A stretch of 64,000 bases of DNA from Candidatus Marinacidobacterales bacterium (GTDB taxonomy: Bacteria; Acidobacteriota; Vicinamibacteria; Marinacidobacterales; DATDRI01), in assembly GCA_965226495.1 (NCBI GenBank), contig OZ245365.1, forward strand, positions 1,664,001 through 1,728,000, written 5' to 3'. The position numbers were made by a program, and so were the translations under genes. The notes beneath the pieces are model-generated. The model did not search any database and was not told the origin of the DNA. It saw nothing but the letters and a program-made list of their open reading frames with translations. Shown here one piece after another: positions 58,471 through 64,000 of this stretch. How positions within the stretch are numbered: the first letter of the stretch is position 1; every line of letters starts with the position of its first letter.

Positions 58471-59605
58471 GCCGGTCGGAATCTATATCCACATTCCGTT
58501 TTGTCGCTCCATTTGTCCTTTCTGTAACTTTGCCACCGCACCGCGCCAACAAGAATCCGAGGCAGATTACCTTCGAGCTCTCAAACGGGAGATCGTCGGT
58601 TACCGTCCGCCGGGGGCGAGGGGAAGAAAGGAGACTCTTCGCGTCGACTCCATCTACTTCGGGGGCGGGACGCCATCGGTCCTGAGCTCTGAACAGATTC
58701 GTGAGATTCTAGAAGCGGTTCATTGGCGATTCGAGGTCGCGGCCGATCCCGAGGTGTCCTTGGAGCTCGATCCTGGGACCGCGGATCGAGATACCCTTGC
58801 AGGCTACGTGGCGGTCGGCGTGAACCGCTTATCAGTCGGCGGGCAAAGCTTCAATGACAAGGTACTGAAACGCATCGGGCGCCAGCACGATGCCGACGAG
58901 ATCAGGAAGACGTTTCGAGCTGCCCGCGCGGCGGGACTTACCAATATCAATCTCGACCTCATGGTTGGTTTGCCGGGAGAGATTCCGGAGAAGGACTTCG
59001 AGGGGCTCGACGACCTTCGACCCGAGCACGCATCGGTCTACATCCTCGAGCTCGCGAGCGACGTGCCCATGGCGAAGGAAGAAAGCCGCGGCCACCTCGA
59101 GCTGCCGAGCGACGAGAACACACTGGACTCCTACTGCCGCGCCCGGGACGGGCTCGGGTCTCTAGGCCTCGAACACTACGAGATCTCGAATTTCGCGCAG
59201 CCCGGCTTCGAAAGCCGGCACAACTTGAAGTACTGGACCGATCGCCCTTACCTCGGCTTTGGCGCTTCCGCGCACTCGTATTTGGGCGGCTCGCGATTCT
59301 GGAACGTGAGGAGCCACGCACGCTACGTCGAAAAGATGGACGATTTGGGAAGTGCGGTCGAAACCCGGGATCGTTTCAACGCTGGCCGGCGAGCAGCGGA
59401 GCATCTCTTCACCGGACTCCGACGTGCGCAGGGCGTCTCGTTGCGAGAAGTTAAAAAAAGGTACGGCGTCTCGGTCATGGAAACCTACGGTGAGAAGCTT
59501 CAGCCATACGTGGATCTCGGCCTGCTCCACGTGACGGACGAAGTTCTCAAGCTCACCGAAAGAGGCTTTCTTGTTTCTAACGAGGTATTTGAAGTCTTCT
59601 TATGA
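58454..59605 (+). CDS. hemW: radical SAM heme chaperone (HemN-like)
   Basis: [34 protein letters not shown]. Confidence 0.9.
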   Translation: MSKPSEPVGIYIHIPFCRSICPFCNFATAPRQQESEADYLRALKREIVGYRPPGARGRKETLRVDSIYFGGGTPSVLSSEQIREILEAVHWRFEVAADPEVSLELDPGTADRDTLAGYVAVGVNRLSVGGQSFNDKVLKRIGRQHDADEIRKTFRAARAAGLTNINLDLMVGLPGEIPEKDFEGLDDLRPEHASVYILELASDVPMAKEESRGHLELPSDENTLDSYCRARDGLGSLGLEHYEISNFAQPGFESRHNLKYWTDRPYLGFGASAHSYLGGSRFWNVRSHARYVEKMDDLGSAVETRDRFNAGRRAAEHLFTGLRRAQGVSLREVKKRYGVSVMETYGEKLQPYVDLGLLHVTDEVLKLTERGFLVSNEVFEVFL

Positions 59606-60645
59606 ACGAGCACAGTTTCATCGATCTCCGGAGCGACACCGTCACCCGGCCGACACCGGCGATGCGCAAGGCGATGGCCGAGGCCGTGGTGGGGGACGAC
59701 AACTACGGCGAAGACCCAACGGTGAATCGATTACAAGAGAAGGCGGCCGCGCTCATGGGGAAAGAGGCGGCACTCTTCGTTCCCACCGGTACGATGAGCA
59801 ACCAGATTGCTATCAGCCTCCATACCGCACCGGGCCAGGAGGTCGTCACCGAGGAACGCGGTCACATTTTCAATTTCGAAATGGCAGGGATGGCGGCCAT
59901 CTCCGGGACCCTCGCCCGAACGATTCGGACCGAAGACGGATTCCCGGACGCCCATTCGATCAAAAACGCCATCCGTCCGAAAAGTTACACCCGGGCCCAA
60001 ACCGGACTCATCACCCTCGAAAACACTCACAACTACGCCGGTGGAACCGTGTGCTCCATCGAGCGAAGCCGGGAGATCGTCGAACTCGCTCACGAGAACG
60101 GTATTCCCGTACACCTCGACGGCGCCCGCATCTTCAACGCCGCGACCGCCCTTGGCTGCGAAGCCAAGGAGCTTGCCGAAGGGTTCGACTCCGTTTCCTT
60201 CTGCCTTTCCAAAGGACTCTGCGCACCGGTCGGCTCACTCCTTTGTGGAAACAAGGACTTCATCGAGGAGGGACACGGCATCCGGCGCCTCTTCGGCGGA
60301 GCTTGGAGGCAGGCCGGTGTCCTCGCCGCGCCCGGCATCGTCGGCCTCGAGGAGATGATCCCTCGACTGTCAGAGGATCACGAAAACGCCCACCTGATCG
60401 CCGAGAATCTCGCCGGCATCGACGGCATCGAGATCGACGCCGGCAAGGTACGAACCAACGTCGTCATCTTCGAGATTACCCGCCCCCAGATGAACACCAG
60501 CAAGCTTCTCGCCGCCCTGAAGGAACGCGGGATTCTGGGCAATATCGTCGACGAGTCCCGCGTCCGCATGCTCACCCACCACGACGTTTCACAGAAGGAC
60601 TGCCTCACCGCCTGCGAAGCGATCGGCCAGGTCATGAAAGCCTAG
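59602..60645 (+). CDS. ltaE: low-specificity L-threonine aldolase
   Basis: [29 protein letters not shown]. Confidence 0.92.
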   Translation: MNEHSFIDLRSDTVTRPTPAMRKAMAEAVVGDDNYGEDPTVNRLQEKAAALMGKEAALFVPTGTMSNQIAISLHTAPGQEVVTEERGHIFNFEMAGMAAISGTLARTIRTEDGFPDAHSIKNAIRPKSYTRAQTGLITLENTHNYAGGTVCSIERSREIVELAHENGIPVHLDGARIFNAATALGCEAKELAEGFDSVSFCLSKGLCAPVGSLLCGNKDFIEEGHGIRRLFGGAWRQAGVLAAPGIVGLEEMIPRLSEDHENAHLIAENLAGIDGIEIDAGKVRTNVVIFEITRPQMNTSKLLAALKERGILGNIVDESRVRMLTHHDVSQKDCLTACEAIGQVMKA

Positions 60646-60703
60646 TTTTTCCAGGGAGGGTTTCCCGCTCCTATTTCGTCACAGTAAGTAGGGGAGGGGC
60701 ACC

Positions 60704-61681
60704 ATCCAGATTCATTCTAAACCACCCAAGCTACTCGACCGGGTTCGGTCTGCCATTCGAGTCCGCCACTATAGCCGCCGTACCGAAAAGGCATATGTCG
60801 GGTGGATCAAGAGGTTCATCTTCTTTCACGACAAACGCCATCCCGACGAGATGGGAGAGCATGAGGTTACGGAATTCCTCTCGAGCCTCGCCACGAAGAA
60901 CAACCTCAGCCCCTCCAGCCAAAACCAGGCCTTGAGCGCTCTTCTTTTCTTGTACCAAAACGTGCTCGGTCGCGAGCTCGATTGGCTCGATCGCGTCGTG
61001 CGAGCTAAACGTCGCTTAAGGGTTCCATTAGTGCTCTCGCGTGACGAGGTTGATGCAGTCCTCCAACAGCTTCACGGGACGCCATGGCTCATGGCGTCGC
61101 TTCTCTATGGGGCCGGACTGCGAGTGCTGGAGTGTGCGCGCCTGCGGGTTCAGGATGTCGATTTCCGCCGGAATAAGATCTTGGTTCGAGACGGAAAGGG
61201 AAGAAAGGACCGAGTCACCGTTTTTCCTAATAAGGTGAAAGCACCCCTCGCCGCTCACATCGAGCGAGTCCGCCTCCAACACCGGAAGGACATTGAAGAA
61301 GAGGCCGGATACGTCGAGTTGCCCTACGCTCTCCGCCGGAAGTACCCCCGCGCGGCTCGTGACTGGCCCTGGCAATGGGTCTTCCCGGCCACGCGCTTCT
61401 ATCGGGACCCTCAAACAGGTGAGCGTCGCCGACACCATCTCCACGAGTCGGTTCTCCAAAGGGCCGTGCAAGGCGCGGTGCGCGCCTCGGGGATCTCCAA
61501 ACCGGCGAAGTGCCATACCCTCCGACACTCCTTCGCCACTCACCTGCTCGAATCCGGATACGACATCCGGACGATCCAGGAGCTCCTCGGGCACGCCGAC
61601 GTGAGCGTCACCATGATCTACACCCATGTCCTCAACCGAGGCAGCTTGGGTGTACGAAGTCCTCTCGACGCGACGATTTGA
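60704..61681 (+). CDS. intI: integron integrase (tyrosine recombinase); start apparently ATC/ATT
   Basis: [23 protein letters not shown]; [14 protein letters not shown]; GLR, GKG, integron-specific [30 protein letters not shown]. Confidence 0.95.
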   Translation: MQIHSKPPKLLDRVRSAIRVRHYSRRTEKAYVGWIKRFIFFHDKRHPDEMGEHEVTEFLSSLATKNNLSPSSQNQALSALLFLYQNVLGRELDWLDRVVRAKRRLRVPLVLSRDEVDAVLQQLHGTPWLMASLLYGAGLRVLECARLRVQDVDFRRNKILVRDGKGRKDRVTVFPNKVKAPLAAHIERVRLQHRKDIEEEAGYVELPYALRRKYPRAARDWPWQWVFPATRFYRDPQTGERRRHHLHESVLQRAVQGAVRASGISKPAKCHTLRHSFATHLLESGYDIRTIQELLGHADVSVTMIYTHVLNRGSLGVRSPLDATI

Positions 61682-61905
61682 AAAGACGACGCCCGCGACA
61701 TACAATCGCCAAACGGAGCCTCGCGGCGATATCCACATATCCAGACCCACCGGACGCGGCATATCCCGGACGGGAGACAACGCATCATGTCCAACACGAA
61801 TGGGGTCAGCCACATGAACAAACACACCCACGCTGCGCTATCCAATACACAGGCCGGGTAGCGTGTGCTATCGAATAACCGAGATCTAGATACTTACTGT
61901 TAGAT
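61682..61905 (+). mobile_element. attI platform copy B (crossover G/TT at 61899-61901), downstream of intI
   Basis: Homology with copy A ends at GTT; core GTTAGAT complements R'' ATCTAAC of the next attC. Confidence 0.85.
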
Positions 61906-61911
61906 GGACAT

Positions 61912-62463
61912 ATGTCAGAACTTGAACGGGAACGAGAGCGACCCGAATTCACTGAGGCACAGGAGCTCTCTGGTTTTCGTGAGCGATTGGGCGAGGCGAT
62001 GGCCTGGTGTTCCTCTCGCGAACCTAGCTCGGACGCCCTAAGGGTTTTCCGGTCGCCAGAATTGGCTCCCGACCCTTTTGCTGTAAATGGATGGGGAGCC
62101 GTGTGGTCCGTCGCAGAAAAGCGCCGGGCGAAGTTGCCTAAAGGCAAGCGACGCCCAATCGGCGGTTTGGCGGGAGGACGGCTGGTTGCCTACATGCCCG
62201 AGGTCAACTTGTGCGATGGGGCCGCCGAGTATTCATCCGAGGGCTATTTTGATGTCGACAATATTCCGCCGTGGGACACGTGGGTTTGGTATGCCTGCGG
62301 AAGTAGCATCTTGCCGTCCCACCTCGTGGCTTGGGTCCCGCCTCAGTTCATCGATGTAGCGCAGGCTGGTCTTGAGGTTAATCCGGAGCAGTGTATTCGT
62401 TGGTTTGACGAAATGAAAACTAGCTTTGCGGAGTCCCTTCGTAGAAACGGAGTATTGAAGTGA
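61912..62463 (+). CDS. gene cassette B1: hypothetical protein
   Basis: Bounded by attI and attC; DGAAE..S.GYFD.DNIPPWDTW motif. Confidence 0.8.
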   Translation: MSELERERERPEFTEAQELSGFRERLGEAMAWCSSREPSSDALRVFRSPELAPDPFAVNGWGAVWSVAEKRRAKLPKGKRRPIGGLAGGRLVAYMPEVNLCDGAAEYSSEGYFDVDNIPPWDTWVWYACGSSILPSHLVAWVPPQFIDVAQAGLEVNPEQCIRWFDEMKTSFAESLRRNGVLK

Positions 62464-62469
62464 GGAGCC

Positions 62470-62565
62470 ATCTAACGCGCCGTTGCAGCGGACGATCGGC
62501 GCCGGCATTTGTTGGATAACCAATATGGGGATGGCACCGTTCGCCGCTGAACGGCCCTGTTAGGC
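62470..62565 (+). mobile_element. intact attC site
   Basis: R'' ATCTAAC, L'' GTTGCAGC, L' GCTGAAC, R' GTTAGGC. Confidence 0.92.
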
Positions 62566-62693
62566 GACCACTTTCGGAAACAATGGCGCGTCCTCTCGTA
62601 CTACCTCAATCACGTCGTCGACCGAGGCCAGTCGGCCGATTGACTCTTCAAACGTATGGCGTAGTTTCTGCGCGTTTTTAAGGAGGGATTGCA

Positions 62694-63740
62694 ATGCGGA
62701 ACCAATTTCCACCGATCCGCCTTTTCGTCTTCCCCATGGTTTTCGCTCTGCTCGCGGGATGTCAGCCGCCAACTCCGCCTGAACCGAGCACGACGGACGA
62801 CGACCCGGCACTGCGGCTAGAGGAGCTGACTTACACGGACATCGATGCGCTCGATCGCGAGAGGACGGTTTTCTTGCTCACATTCGGGAACCTCGAAGAG
62901 CACGGACCCCATTTACCTATCGGCTCCGACTACTATCAGGCTATCGCGTTGCGGGACGGCCTCGTCGAGGAGCTCAGCCAGCGACATCCCGACTACACTT
63001 TCGTCAACGCGCCCGTTTTCCCGCTGGGAGAGGGAGGCTTCAACGACATGGCCCGCCAGTTCGAGCACCCGGGAGCTTTCGGCATTCGCTTCGAGACCCT
63101 TCGCGACCTGACGGTGGATTTCGGCGCGGCCATTGCTCGGAAGGGCTTCAAGAACATATTTATCGTTCATTTTCACGGGAGTCCGTTTCACAGTGTTGCG
63201 TTCACCCAGGCGGCTGGATTCGTCAGCGAGCGGTATGACGCCCGGATGGTCAACATCTCAAGCTTGATGCTCGGGGAGGAGCTCCACAGCCAGTCCGTTT
63301 TGACGAAACATCTCGGAGAGGAGGGGGTCGCAGAGATCGGCATGACGGGACACGCGGGCACGGCCGAGACGTCCACGAACCTTCATCTCCACGATCTCGT
63401 GAAGCCAGAGTACAAAGCGCTACCGCTCTTTTTCGTCGGAGATCCTTTCGAACTCGGCCGAATCTACGAAAGAGAGGGCTTTCTCGGCTACATGAGCGAT
63501 CCGTCGCGCGCGACTGCCGCGATGGGCTCCGACCTAATGCAGAATTTCATCGAGCGCGCCACCCGGTTCGCGGAAAAGGCGCTGGCCGGCGAGGATCTCT
63601 CCGAGCTCCCGATGTGGCCGGACGTCCTGCCCCCCATCGAGGAGCTCGACGCCTCGATGCGGATGGTTTCCGAGCGATACGCGCAAGAGGCGGCCGAGCT
63701 CGATGCGTGGTTGCAACAAGAGCAAGCCCCCCATCCGTAG
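62694..63740 (+). CDS. creatininase-family lipoprotein
   Basis: LAG-C lipobox; EEHGPHLPIGSD, HFHG, HAGTAETS. Confidence 0.85.
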   Translation: MRNQFPPIRLFVFPMVFALLAGCQPPTPPEPSTTDDDPALRLEELTYTDIDALDRERTVFLLTFGNLEEHGPHLPIGSDYYQAIALRDGLVEELSQRHPDYTFVNAPVFPLGEGGFNDMARQFEHPGAFGIRFETLRDLTVDFGAAIARKGFKNIFIVHFHGSPFHSVAFTQAAGFVSERYDARMVNISSLMLGEELHSQSVLTKHLGEEGVAEIGMTGHAGTAETSTNLHLHDLVKPEYKALPLFFVGDPFELGRIYEREGFLGYMSDPSRATAAMGSDLMQNFIERATRFAEKALAGEDLSELPMWPDVLPPIEELDASMRMVSERYAQEAAELDAWLQQEQAPHP

Positions 63741-63847
63741 GTCAGGGCGACGGCCGCGGAACAGATGGAAGAGGTAACCGAGTAGAATGGATCTTGGACG
63801 CTTGCCTACGGTCCACATCCTGCCGTACGCTTCCGAGTAGCCGACCG

Positions 63848-63940
63848 ATGCCACTCGACGCCGGAACCAAGCTCAGGCCCTGCAAGATCGTCGCCGCCAT
63901 CGGAGCCAGCGGGGCGGGCGAAGTAAGCCCGCGACCACCG
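63848..63940 (+). pseudogene. decayed N-terminal fragment of a Ser/Thr protein kinase
   Basis: Reads MPLDAGTKLRPCKIVAAIGASGAGEV, resembling the kinase start MPL.AGTKLGPYEI...IGAGGMGEVY; similarity is lost afterwards. Confidence 0.55.
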
Positions 63941-64000
63941 ACGATACGCTCACTTTCAAGTTTCGGTCGCGATCATCCCAAGGACAGGTCACCTAACATG

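Noticed and set aside
59571-60935. 454-aa alternative-frame ORF over ltaE
   Set aside because: Arg/Pro-rich shadow frame with no recognisable motifs.
62694-63740. Creatininase-family gene as an integron cassette
   Set aside because: No attC-like R''/R' structure is visible downstream; it more likely resumes the chromosomal backbone.
1-64000. CRISPR array, tRNA or rRNA genes
   Set aside because: No regularly spaced repeats or recognisable stable-RNA genes seen by eye; not checked computationally.

Overview
GC-rich bacterial chromosomal window. The gene content (Bat/MoxR operon, tandem VPS10/BNR proteins, a 'MPLxAGTKL' Ser/Thr-kinase remnant) suggests Acidobacteriota, but that assignment is inference only. 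Housekeeping blocks: thiL, gatCA, a surface-glycan modification cluster (GT2, epimerase, acyltransferase, radical SAM, asnB), an ArgR-regulated arginine locus (argR, DUF1611-like gene, argC, argB, argG, argH), moxR-batABCDE-hemW-ltaE. The main accessory signal is a two-part integron system. (i) At 60.7-62.6 kb an integron integrase is co-oriented with, and upstream of, its attI and cassette (inverted-integrase architecture); its conserved N-terminus has no ATG/GTG/TTG start. (ii) About 44 kb away (17.65-24 kb) is a second copy of the same attI platform. It keeps only about 18 decayed codons of intI but about 90% identity across the 220-bp non-coding spacer, and it heads a longer cassette array. 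That array contains a 119-bp MITE inserted exactly at an attC recombination triad, an IS481-family element, and several attC cores with GTT changed to GCT. A second strong lead is a DUF1611/DgcN-like P-loop protein as first gene of the ARG-box-controlled arg operon, which has no argA/argJ in this window: a candidate non-canonical N-acetylglutamate synthase. All family calls come from motif recognition, not database searches.
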